Shown in pieces: positions 1 through 12,042 of a stretch of 64,000 bases of DNA. Origin of the DNA: Malacoraja senta (taxonomy: Eukaryota). Every line of letters begins with the position of its first letter. Within the stretch, counting starts at the first letter, position 1. Where the stretch lies: the NCBI GenBank assembly GCA_038087875.1, contig CM075977.1, positions 186,868,001-186,932,000 on the forward strand, written 5' to 3'. The position numbers and the translations under genes are program-made. The notes below the pieces were generated by a model. That model was not told the origin of the DNA. It saw nothing but the letters and a program-made list of their open reading frames with translations, and ran no database searches.

Positions 1-40
1 TTCCCATCCAGCCCATTCAAGAAATCGGTTTCCCGAGACT
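1..40 (-). CDS. ABCA1-like: ABCA1-like exon 28 equivalent (5' part; runs off window)
   Basis: tttgcag acceptor, then (E)SRETDFLNGLDGK; human ESRETDLLSGMDGK. Confidence 0.9.
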
Positions 41-563
41 CTGCAAATGCATCCAAGAATGCTTCAAATATGACCAATTGCTCACTTATAACTGCACACA
101 GAAGTACCAATTTCTGTTGTGCAACAAAATGTAATCACTCGAAATAAATCAATTCACGTGCGCACTTGTTAATCCATAGCAATCTCAATGATCTTAAAAC
201 ATAATGATAAAGAAGTAACACGAAAATGACTTATTTTCTTTTAAAATAATGTAGTGTAATTTATCCCTCAAAAATATCTCAAGGAGTTTTACAGCCAATG
301 TATGTTTGAAACTTAATCACTCTTATGATATCAGAAACACCGTAGCTAACTTGTTCCAGAAGTAACATTATGATCACAAAATAATCTATAATGGAGAAGT
401 TGGTTAAAGGGCACACATATGGTCGTTGGGGTCTTTGGTTTAATGAATTATCCAAGAGTTAACACTTGTGACTGAAACTCTGTCTGTGCCAATAAAGACA
501 GCTAAATGATAATAGTTTAAACAGAGCGGAAGGGTAGAGCAGAAGAAACTGGAAACATTTGTG

Positions 564-838
564 GACAGAAATTGCTGAAGTAAATCAGCGGGACAGGCAG
601 CATCTCTGGAGAGAAAGAATGGGTGACATTTCGGGTCGAGACCCTTCTTCAGACTGATGTCAGGGGAGTTGGCGGGACAGATATAGAATGTAGTCAGAGA
701 CAATAAGCTTGGTGGGAGAACGGGGAAGGGGGACGGATGGAGAGAGAGAGAAAGCAAGGGCTATTTGAAGTTAGAGAAGTCAATGTTCATACCGCGTGGG
801 TGTAAGCTACCCAAGTGAAATATGAGGTGCTGTTCCAG
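564..838 (-). mobile_element. Penelope-derived repeat
   Basis: Shares the terminal repeat and ORF end with 7215-7745. Confidence 0.8.
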
Positions 839-1394
839 GAAACATTTGTGTTCCACGGTCAAGCTGCTAAAAACTGAGTGAAAGGATCAACATCAGAGAG
901 AGTGTATCTATGGCCTAATTTCCACTTTACACTAATTCCTGTGAAACACGAGAATTATACAGTTGAGGGTGAATGGAAAAGATCATAAACCATCTCAATA
1001 AAGCAGTGAAAGAATGTCGAGATAACAGGAGAACTGTGGCAGTCTACTTTCTTCTCTGACGAATGTGATCACAGGCCATTAAAGAGAAGCTAGAGATATG
1101 AAGTTAAGTGTAAGGAAGCGGTGCTGAGGTAAAATATTTGCCATGAATTAATTGAATGATATCAAAGGCATTAAGAACAAATGGCCAACTCCTATCTTTA
1201 ATTATTTTATCTTAAAGTGGACTGTCTATGTAACTGTGAAAAATGGTATTTGAGAGACGATAAACAACATTTTCCACATACAGCAGTAGTGTATTAAAAA
1301 AGTGCACTTGGACTATTCTGGTTACAAACTGACACCAGGGTAATTTTTCACTCCCCTACTTTCCCAAAAGGTGAGTGAAATGAGGGTGAAATGT

Positions 1395-1710
1395 GGATAG
1401 ACACAAAAAGCTGGAGGAACTCAACGGGTCAGTCAGCATCTCTGGAGAAAAGGAATAGGTGATGTTTCGGGTCAAGACCCTTCTTCAGACTGAGAGTCAG
1501 GGGAAAGGGAAACGAGAGATATAGACGGTGATGTAGTGAGATAAAGAACAAATGAATGAAAGATATGCAAAATAGTAATGATGATAAAGGAAATATGCCA
1601 TTGTTAGCTGTGGCCTAGGTGAGAAAGAGTACAGAAAATGAGACTCAACAAGACAACTTGGATGCTGGTACGACTTGGGTGGAGGAGGGAATACAAGGGT
1701 AACTTGTGGA
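1395..1710 (-). mobile_element. Penelope-derived repeat
   Basis: Same family as 7215-7745. Confidence 0.8.
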
Positions 1711-2186
1711 TATATTTCCTTGTTCTTTGCTCGTGAACTCACTCTATGTGATAGATGAGTTGGTTGCCATGGTTCATACATTGCAAGAGAGACCTTATTT
1801 TAAAAGTACTTCACTTGTGTTTTGCACTGGGCTGTGAGGGACATGAAATACACTTTACAAATGCAAGTATTTCTTGGCTTTACAATAGGATTTAAGTGTA
1901 CCTTTCACTTTAATATGGCTGCTCTGCGAAGGTTTTTGTTTTCTTTTGACGGTCCTTTCAAAGTGCCCATACGAGCACCAAATCAGTTGTACAGTAATGA
2001 GATGAACAACAAGCCTCATCATTGCAGGACTTTCCTGACTGTCAATGTTCTGTGTTAGCATGTGGTAAGAAAAGATCATCTATATATAATTTAAAATGGA
2101 GCTTAACAAGTGAGAGGTTGCCATTGGTTTATGTACCCTTGGAGGATATGTTATGATGATACACCAGCTTTCAACTCTGTATTTAC

Positions 2187-2306
2187 CTGGGTCAGCTTCT
2201 GAATCATTCACTTCATTCACATCGTCATCATCGGTAAATGGTCGGAGGCAACTCTGTCTGTCAACAAACCTCGATCTCCTGTTTCGGCAGGCAGGGATTG
2301 TGCCAT
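2187..2306 (-). CDS. ABCA1-like: ABCA1-like exon 27 equivalent (PEST region)
   Basis: 120 bp, AG/GT; [40 protein letters not shown]. Confidence 0.93.
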
Positions 2307-3393
2307 CTGAAGTGAAATCACATTAATTGGTTAGGTCAGCCTTAACTCAATGAGATACAGTGTGCAAGCTGGGTTTTTATATTTACAAAACTTGAAAAGG
2401 ACAATCTTAAATGAGAAAAAGCTAGCTAACTACCAAGACACTCAGTGACATTATAGCTGCAGTCTTTCTGCCCTGTAAATGCTGCGGGTAACTAAGGATT
2501 AGAAGCTGTTAATGTTGCAGTTGCGAATATAAGCATTGGCTACGGTATATATGCTATCTAAAAAATGCATGACACCAACTAGCTAAGGCTTCTTCATCAG
2601 CAACTTCCACACCTAGCACCAAGGGGGACAAGGGCTTCAAGTAGATGGAAACATCTTCAAATCCTTCATTGATACTGGGTCTAAATCCTGAACTTGATCA
2701 CATCATCTCCGTTGTTGCACCTTAACTAGAGAGAAGGCTCATCCCAACCCCTTCAAAGAAATTATGGATGGCAAATAGATACTGGTATCACCTATTGCGC
2801 CCCTTTCTGAAAATAATAAAATAAAAGAAGTGCTAGATATAATTTAGAATGTTACCAATTTTTGTTTCTTGTTTAGGCTCCATGAAACAAAGAATGATTA
2901 ACAAATTAACGTTTCAATACTGATCAAGGACAATGATATGCTTGTGTCTGTGACATATTTTCTGTGACTTGACATGGGCAACCCAACCACGTAATGGTTA
3001 AGTCCAAAAGGTCTGAACTGTCTCTAAAACTAAAAGAAAGTGTATCAGAGGTAAAAGCTATAGCTGTGTTTTAGAAGAAAGCCAATCCAATCCAATAAAA
3101 TGAAACAAAACCAATCTGATGTATGGTAATGTTTCACAAAAGCAGATTACAACCTTCAAATTTTAAAGGAGTAGGTGGACTTCGTAACAGCCACCTTCAC
3201 TTAACTATTCATGGCAATGATTTGGAGAATTCAGGTAAATTATGAAGTCAGAGGCAATTGCCTAAAGGACAACTCTGCTACTATTTAGGATTTAAAATGC
3301 AGGAGTAACTCAGCAGGGCAGGCAGCATCTCTGGATAGAAGGAATGGGTGACATTTGGGTCGAGACCCTTCTTGTTCACCTTATTCTGAAATA

Positions 3394-4143
3394 CCACCAG
3401 GGGCGCCGTATGATGGCTGCTCCGCCGGCACTCTGATAGTTTTTCAATTTTTAGTGTTTGTTAAAAGTTTGTTTTAATGTTCTCCGGTTTGTTTTATGTG
3501 GGGGGAGGGGGAGGGGATCGGGGGAAACTTTTTTTCAGGTTCTTACCTTGCCGGAGATATGATTAATTTTCAGATCACTTTCTCCGGGCGCTCTGCGGCC
3601 TTCCATCGATGGAGCTGGAGGCTTCCGCGGACTGTAATGAGTCCCACCGCGGGGCGCGGACTTAATATCGGAGCTGATTCATTGCCTGGGATCGCTCCAA
3701 CCACGGCATTGCGGACTTACCATCAAGAGCTCTCAGTCTAGGGAGAGGCCGAGTTGGGAGCTCCAAAGTCGCGGAAGGTTCGGCCAGCCCCGACGCGGGG
3801 TTTGATCGTCCAGCGCGGGGGAGCTGACATCCCCCGATGCGGGAGCTGATCGCCTCGACGCGAAGGCCCCGAACGCCGCCGGTTACGGGAGTCAAGATCG
3901 TCTCGTCAACGGAGGGCTCGAGGCCCCAGACCACAGCAGAACAAAGGGATAGGACGTGAACTTTATTTCGCCTTCCATCACAGTGAGGAATGTGCATGAG
4001 TCACTGTGGTGGATGTTCATGTTAAAATGTGTTTTGGGTGATCTGTTACTTTTTATTTATATGACTGACTTGGCAAATGAAATTCCTCGTATGTTGCAAA
4101 ACATACTTGGCTAATAAAGTACTATTCTGATTCTGATTCTGAC
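3394..4143 (+). mobile_element. GC-rich non-autonomous retroelement with LINE-type 3' tail
   Basis: CpG-rich body, AATAAA and (ATTCTG)n tail; same architecture as 35846-36695. Confidence 0.65.
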
Positions 4144-4346
4144 CTTGATTATACATACCAGCAGATTTGCCTCCACATGCTTAAAAAAACAATGTCCATG
4201 GGATTTGCTTACAGTCATTGCATTTAACATCACTTTATGCAGAACCTGTTTCGTAGGACTTGGGGATATGAAGAAAACCCCTGGATATAGATTTTGAGAC
4301 AGGGAAGAGTGTGGATTGTCAAAGGACTCGGCGCACATGAGGTTAC

Positions 4347-4395
4347 CTGAGATTTCAGCATCCACTCCATGATCTTCTGCAACCTTAAGGAATAT
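4347..4395 (-). CDS. ABCA1-like: ABCA1-like exon 26 equivalent
   Basis: 49 bp, AG/GT; IFLKVAEDHGVDAEIS. Confidence 0.93.
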
Positions 4396-5949
4396 CTGCA
4401 GATGGAAATGATAAAGAACATTAGAAATACATTTTAATGTATTTTCTGGAAACGCGCATAATGGTTAACCTCTAATTTTCATCATTTATACAGTGCAGCT
4501 TCTCACTCCTGCTCCTCTTGTTCAATAAGATTATCCTCTCTCATCCAGGCTCACCTAATCCCTAAATCCTTGGTTCCCTTGGCATCCAAATATCTATTGT
4601 TTGGATTTATACAATCTCAGTCAATAAGCAACCGCCACTCCCTGAAAAAGAGAATTACTAGGACATTTTCTATGAATAAATCCACCTATTACACAGCCAG
4701 ACATAACACCACTCGTTCTAAGGCTATGATCTCAGTTTCAGAAGATGTTGCCTTTCAGCACCTAACTTGTCAAGCTCTGCTCCAGGCAAGATGTGTTTTG
4801 TGATTGTTCCCACTTTGCCCATCAGAAAGCCTGCAGCCACTGCAATGGTAATTTATAGACAAACTCCAAACAAAAGGGTGCAGATATGGAATCTGATAAA
4901 GAAAATGGGGAGTGAAATGTGGAATCGGAGGGAGGAGAATTGGGTGGAAGGGAATGAGGGAGTGGGGTGGGGCAAGAAGAAAAATGGGGTTCCCAGTGGA
5001 GGAAGGGTTGGAGATCAAGGAAAGGAACACGAGCAGGAGTAAAGTGGATAGAGACCTGTATGCAGGAGTAATGGGAAACTGGGTGGTGGGGGAGAGGGAA
5101 GGGGTTACACTCATGTATAAAGTGGTAAAGATGGTTTTACAAATCCTAAAAAGTTTGACAATTTTAAATCTTTCAGTTCTTGTTATGTTAGAAAAAATTG
5201 GAGATATATTTTTGCTTAGACAGCATGATTAATATGTAATGAGCGGGTAAAATCATAGATAGGCCGGGCAATGGTGAGAGTTACAGAGGGGGCTATAAAC
5301 CATCAGGCTCGGACAAGCAATAAAGCATTCTTCTTCCATACAGTGTTAAGTATTAATTAGGGAAGGATTTTTCTTGCAAACTGTATTTCTGTGTGGATAA
5401 GCCTAGGCTCCTTGGTGTGAATGCAAAATATTTAAACTTTGAAGTCTTCAGAAAAGGATTTTCAAAAGCAGTGGGTTTATTCATGACCATTACCATTTTT
5501 CTACAACTATGCTGAAAATAATTCCCCATCCATCCTCCTCACCAACATCATGCTTTTGTTGCATTTTCCCTAAAAGTGATGCGGTGCTTTAAATGCTGGA
5601 ACCCTTTTAGTTTCCCAGTGACACTTTATCATTTGTCATCCTAGAATATTAAGTTTGAACAGTTATTCTATTGCAGGGGCCTCCTGTCTGAGTCTAAATC
5701 AACCTCAGCAGAAGGCACAGAAAGCTTGGGTGATTTTGCTTCAGGCATCAAACACGATCAAACGTTGCAGATTGTAAAGGGAATGTCACAACAGATCGAA
5801 GAGCGAAAACCCTCCTCGCAGTACTTTCATGACACTACCCAAAGACAATACCAAATGCAGTCAGGTGTGGTCCTTGTCAGTGCTGATGGATTAAAGAGCA
5901 GATGGCTGGGCTAAAACCAAACATGCAGCGGAGAGTTTAGAATGCTTAC

Positions 5950-6152
5950 TTCTTCCAGGGTGGTGTCAGAAATTCCGTAACTGGAAATTCCCAGGTCGGC
6001 GAGCCTGTCATCCATCTCATGGAAAAGTTCCACAAAAGCACCATCTTTGGCAGCCTCATAAGGCAACACATACGTCAATTCATGGCCAATGTCTTCGACC
6101 AATCGAGCATTTGCCACGTGCTTTAAGATTAGATTGGAAATTGCCGAAACAT
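5950..6152 (-). CDS. ABCA1-like: ABCA1-like exon 25 equivalent (R1)
   Basis: 203 bp; [30 protein letters not shown]...ISDTTLEE. Confidence 0.95.
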
Positions 6153-6303
6153 CTAGAAAATGGAGAGTAAAAGAGGATAGTTATTAATAACGCTGCAGGA
6201 CGACAGTACTGGTCTTACTGGCAATCCCATTGAGTTTTAATATATTAAAGGACTGAGCTTGATAGACCACATAATCCTTCGATTAAGAGTGCTTGGAAAG
6301 GCA

Positions 6304-6306
<3 letters not shown>

Positions 6307-6345
<39 letters not shown>

Positions 6346-6364
6346 ATATATACACACACACACA
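6307..6364. repeat. (TG)n/(TA)n/(CA)n microsatellite within a Rex-like tail
   Basis: Visible directly in the sequence. Confidence 0.95.
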
Positions 6365-7097
6365 TTGCACTGTTTTTCTCATTTATTACATTGTTTGCAG
6401 AGTGCTATGTTTACATATTCTGTTGTGTTGCTGCAAGTAAGAATTTCATTGTTCTATCTGGGACATATGACAATAAAACACTCTTGACTCTTGAGAAGTG
6501 GACAGCCATGGTGAGCGTGGGGTCGCAGCCAACACTGGCATCTGGTTGGACTACCTTCAGCTTATATTATTCTGCAACCTAAAAGAGAAGATTTGAGGGA
6601 TCGGACGCCTCTCCTCCTTTCAACAGATGTCCAACTTGCACTCAGGTCTGACACACCCAGACTAGCACTAAGGACTGAGGGATTGCTTCACAACTGGAAA
6701 TGCCTTCTATCAGAAAAGCCGCTTCTCTTCATGCTGACACAAAAAAAATGGCATGATTTTGAAGAAGAAAGGGGTAATTATCTCAGGTGTCCTGTATGAT
6801 ATTTATCCATCACTCCATGTTACAAAAGAAAATTGCATTGGCATTATTACATTGGCATTTGCGGGAGCTTGCTGGTGCATAACTTGTGTTGCCTTTCCTG
6901 TATTAAAACTGTGACTACATTGCGGAAGTAGCTATATAAAACTCGGAAATGGGCTGACGTCCTGAACAGCATTTTATTAATGCTGATATGTATTTGTTTC
7001 TTTAGAAGTACTAAAATATAACTATAAAAATGCCCAACCCATTCCGTGCTGCTGTAAATAGGACCCACTGAATTGCTAACGAATGGATTGTGCTTAC

Positions 7098-7170
7098 CTA
7101 TTGTCGTAGTATCACTGTCTTGATCACTGCCAAGTCCAGCGTCTGAACTACTTTGAGAAACACTGTCATC
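7098..7170 (-). CDS. ABCA1-like: ABCA1-like exon 24 equivalent
   Basis: 73 bp; DDSVSQSSSDAGLGSDQDSDTTTI. Confidence 0.95.
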
Positions 7171-7214
7171 CTGCGAAAGAAACCAATAAAATATATACCC
7201 ATCAGTCCAAATAA

Positions 7215-7745
7215 AAGAAGATAGACTCAAAAAGCTGGAGCAACTCAGTGGGTCAGGCAACAGCTCTGGAAAAAAGGACTAGGTGATGTTTCAGATCGAG
7301 ATCCTTCATCAGACTGAGAGTCAGGGGAAAGGGAAATGAGAGATATAGATGGTGATACAGTGAGATATTGAACAAATGAATGAAAGGTATGCAAAAAAGT
7401 AACGTTGACCAAGGAAACAGTCCATGATTGGCTGTGGGCTAGGGGATAAAGAGTTATACAGACAATGAAACTCCCCAGGAAGACAGTGAAACTAGTACAA
7501 TGACATGGGGAGGTGAGAAATGGAGAGAGAGGGATACTTGAAGTTAGAGAAATCAATATTCATACTGCTGGGTTGTAAGTTGCCCAGCCAAAATATGAGG
7601 TGCTGTTCCTCCAATTTGCATTTGGCCTCACACTGACAATGGAGGAGGCCCAGGACAGAAAGGTCAGTGTGGGAATGGGAAGAGGAGTTAAAGTGTTTGG
7701 CAACCGGAAGATCGCATAGGCCAAGGCGGACTGAGCAAAGGTGCG
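7215..7745 (-). mobile_element. Penelope-like element 3' part (GIY-YIG endonuclease C-terminus plus terminal repeat)
   Basis: DLPVAKHFNSSSHSHTDLSVLGLLHCQ...KLEEQHLIFWLGNLQPSSMNIDFSNF; CTGATGA...GAAA core at 7285-7312. Confidence 0.85.
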
Positions 7746-7804
7746 CCTCCATCTTCAGTCCATCTACAAGAATTGTCTTGGAAACTCTGGCCACCGACTC
7801 CTCA

Positions 7805-8215
<411 letters not shown>

Positions 8216-8379
8216 TTATATCTCTCATGAAGGCCCTTACCTCCCTGTAGAAACATCACACACCATACACCTTGACGGACATGGTTTCAAACACATGCAT
8301 TTAATCCATATGTGGGTGAATTTTACCCTCATGTCTTGGTGCCTCATTGCAAACCTAGTGAGTTAAGTTTTGGGTAAAG

Positions 8380-8668
8380 CAATAATGCAGCAGTAGAGTT
8401 GCTGCCTTACAGCGCCAGAGACCTAGGTTCAATCCTGACTATGGATACTGTCTATATGGAGTTTGTACGTTCTCCCTGTAACTGTGGGTTTTCATCCGGG
8501 TGCTCCGATTTCCTCCCACACTCCAAAGACGTACAGGTTTGTAAGTTAATTGGCTTGGTAAAATTGTAAATTGTCTCTAGTGTGGTGTATAGTGCTAGAG
8601 TATGGGTATCGCTGGTCAGCACGGACTCGGTGGGCCAAAGTGCCTGTTCCCGCGCTGTGTCTTTAAAG
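8380..8668 (+). mobile_element. tRNA-derived V-SINE (HE1-like)
   Basis: tRNA-like head, V-domain ggagtttgtacgttctcc..., CR1-like tail. Confidence 0.8.
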
Positions 8669-10490
8669 TAAAGTTTACAGTAAATAGACATAAAGTGCTC
8701 GAGTCTCAGAGGGTAAAGCAACATCCCTGGACAACATGGATAACTTACCCTTGTTCTCCAGAGATGCTGCCTGACCTGCTGAGCTATTTCAGCATTTTGT
8801 GTCTTTTTTTAGTAAACCAGCATTTGTAGTTCCTTGTTTCTACAAGTTAACCAATATGTGCTCACTGATGATATCTCCGTGTCAAGATGTAATATAGTTT
8901 CTGATTTCAATACACTTCACGCTTTTTTAATGTGACCGATTAATATTGACAACACTGACATCATTCCATTAAACACAAAATCATCAATTAGTCAAGCTCT
9001 CTACTTTATTTTATCAAATTATAACGTTTGGAAGATCTGAATAATCGAAGGGGTACGCAATTCAATACCAGTATTTGCCACTCTTTCTAAACCATGGCAT
9101 TCAGCTGTCAACTCATGCATAACAGTCCAAAACTCCTGGTATACTACTTGCAAAACATAGTTTATTTAAACCTTGTGCTTCAGTGACATTCAAAGTAAAG
9201 TTAAAGTGCAATTTCAAAACAGACTGGGGCAGGACATCACTGGCTACATTAGAAACCAAGGAAATGGCATGGAGTTGGAGTAGTCACACCATTTTGGAAG
9301 CCTCGGCATTTCACCATAATGTGGCTCCATGCAAGTAGAGCTCATATCCATTTCATTAGTTCTGCACTTTGCATATGAGAAACCCAAACTGTTCTCAGAT
9401 AACTAATGTGAACGGATGATGGATAGCATGGACTTGGTGGGCCAAACTACCTGTTTCAATCAAAACATGGATTGTTTGTATTCTCTTGTGGGTGTCTTCA
9501 GCAACACCAACATGTAATGCCCATCCTTATTTGTTGTGGTGATGCTTCTCATGAATTTGTGTTATTGTGGGGGGGGTTTTGCAGCAGTGGTTTGGTCCAA
9601 CTGTGTGGAATGCCACACAATTGCAGAGGCCGGTTAATAATTAATTATTTTGCTGTGCGTCTGGAGCTACTCTAAGACCAGACTAAGGATGAATGGCAGA
9701 CCTCTTTCTCTGATGGACATCTGTCATTTGGCTGAAGTTCTGCAACAAAGAGACCATTACTGATACCAGTTGTTTTTTATCATGTGGAATTTGTTTAAGA
9801 AATAAAAGTTAACTTCTCGAGCAGGTGTGATGAGATTTGAATTCATATCTATTTCTGAACTCTTCTTCAGTCAGGACCCTTCTTCAAACTGTCAGAAGAA
9901 GGATCCTGATCTGAAACTTCTATGTTCTCCTGAGATACTGCCCGACCGGCCGAGTTTCTCCGGCAGTCTGTGCCTTCTTTTGTAAACCAGCATCTGCAGT
10001 TCCTTGTCTCTACTGTACTCAGCACTTGTTAATTTACAGACCAAATCCTGATCACCACATCACAGCACAGAAATGATTGCACTGGAAAAGGTGCAGGGGA
10101 GATTTATAAGGATATTGGCAGGATTGGAAAATTGTAGCTGTGAAGAAAGAATGGATAAACTGGTATTGCTCTCTGTAGAACAGAGGCTGAGGATAGTCTA
10201 CTGAGGTGCTTAAAATAAGGAGGCGCTCTGATAAAGAGCCCTATTTCCTTTAGCAGAGGAGCCAAAAGCCAACGGCGTGAATTTAAAGTAACTGGTCTTG
10301 GCATTAGAGGGATGATGAGGAAAACCATTTTCACCCAGAAGGTAGCAGGGGCTGGAGCCCACAGCCTGAAAAGGTGATTTTCAGCACATTTAAAAGTGCC
10401 CGAGTGTATACTTGGAAAGCCTTGACCTGCAGAATGATGGGATGAAATGCCTGAAGGTGAGATGAGGCCAGAGAACTCTTTCCCAACTAA

Positions 10491-10788
10491 AGCCCCTGTC
10501 CCACGATGCGAGTTTACCCAAGAGTTCTCCCGAGTAAAAAAAAAAAAAATCCAACTCGTGGTACTTCATCAAGAATATTTTTTTACTCTTGGAAATTTTT
10601 CACACTGTTGAAAAAACTTCACGAGTTTCCGCGTTCCCGAGTACCTGCCATTAGCATTACGAGCCGCTACGAAACAGTCACGAGCTTAGACGTACCCGCT
10701 ACATATATGCTACGTACCTACTACGAGTTTGATTGTTTTTAAAACTCGGGAGAGCTCTTGGGTAAACTCACATCATGGGACAGGGCCT
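10491..10788. mobile_element. PIF/Harbinger-type MITE
   Basis: ~45-bp imperfect TIRs starting AG(C/G)CCCTGTCCCA; TAA target-site duplication on both sides. Confidence 0.85.
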
Positions 10789-10879
10789 TAACACAGGCAT
10801 GATGAACTGAGAGACCACCTTTTATGCTGTATGGCCTTTTTAAAGGACGCATACTAAAAACACAATCACTTTGCACCTA

Positions 10880-11056
<177 letters not shown>

Positions 11057-11879
11057 TTAATCTCAATGTGAAGTTAAATTACCAAACAAATAAAGAACAC
11101 CTCATGCACTCCAAAATATACAACGATTGCGCTTTAATGTTCCGAGAGAACAATTCCCATGATTGAATGGCAGAGTAGACGATGGGCCGAATGGCCTAAT
11201 TCCACTCCTATTCCTTATGACCTTCTGAGATGCCATCCAGAGGAAAGGCTGAAGGCATGGAGTATGATTCTTTATAAGAAGTCACTGGTTGTGGGTATAA
11301 CTGGAAAGGCCAATACTTAATTTCCCATGCCTAATGGCTTTGTAGCACATGGCTTGGCCATGTGCTACAAAGAGGGGCAATTGAGTTAAAGGAAAGGTAG
11401 GGTATATTTATAGTTGGAGAGGAATAGGGCGAAGGTCTGTGTGGGATATAAATATGGAGTATACCGACTAGATTGAATATATGAGCGATAAATACCAAGA
11501 AAGGCCTAGTGAGGGAGGGTGCTGTAGCTAACCTGAATGATAATGCTAGATTCCTCGATCAGGGAAGGGGAAGACTTATCAAAACAAATCTTTCTTACGG
11601 CAGAGACTGGGTGTCATTTGACTTTGGGTATGAGCTCCACTGTTCCTCCAGTAGAGAGTAAATTGACAGGTGCTATTAATGGAAAGAATGGCCCTGACTC
11701 GTTCAATGCATTGCACATGAGCAATGTCCAGTATTGTACGAAAAGAGCAATTAGAAACCTAGTTGAGGGCAATGAAAGTTAAAATGATCATGAAATGTAA
11801 AGTGTTTTAATGATCAACATCCGGACAATGGAAATGACAATGCAAATTCTGTTCCCATAAATAAATGGTCTTTACATTC

Positions 11880-12042
11880 TAGCCTTGTCCCACCCCCTCC
11901 CCTGTCATCAGTCTGAAGAAGGGTGTCGACCCGAAACGTCGCCCATTCCTTCTCTCCAGAGATGCTGCATGACCCGCTGAGTTACTGCAGCATTTTGTGT
12001 CTACCTTCGATTTAAACCAGCACCTGCAGTTCTTTCCTACAC
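11880..12042 (+). mobile_element. Penelope terminal repeat with hammerhead-like core (11913-11940)
   Basis: CTGAAGA-aGGGTgtcgACCC-GAAA-CGTC. Confidence 0.8.

Noticed and set aside
3541-3610. Weak similarity to the 5' end of U1 snRNA (CTTACCT.GC.GGAGATA)
   Set aside because: The match is gapped and short, absent in the sister element at 36480-36560, and there is no Sm site.
4900-5110. Purine- and G-rich stretch with overlapping ORFs
   Set aside because: Low-complexity sequence with no recognisable protein or splice structure.
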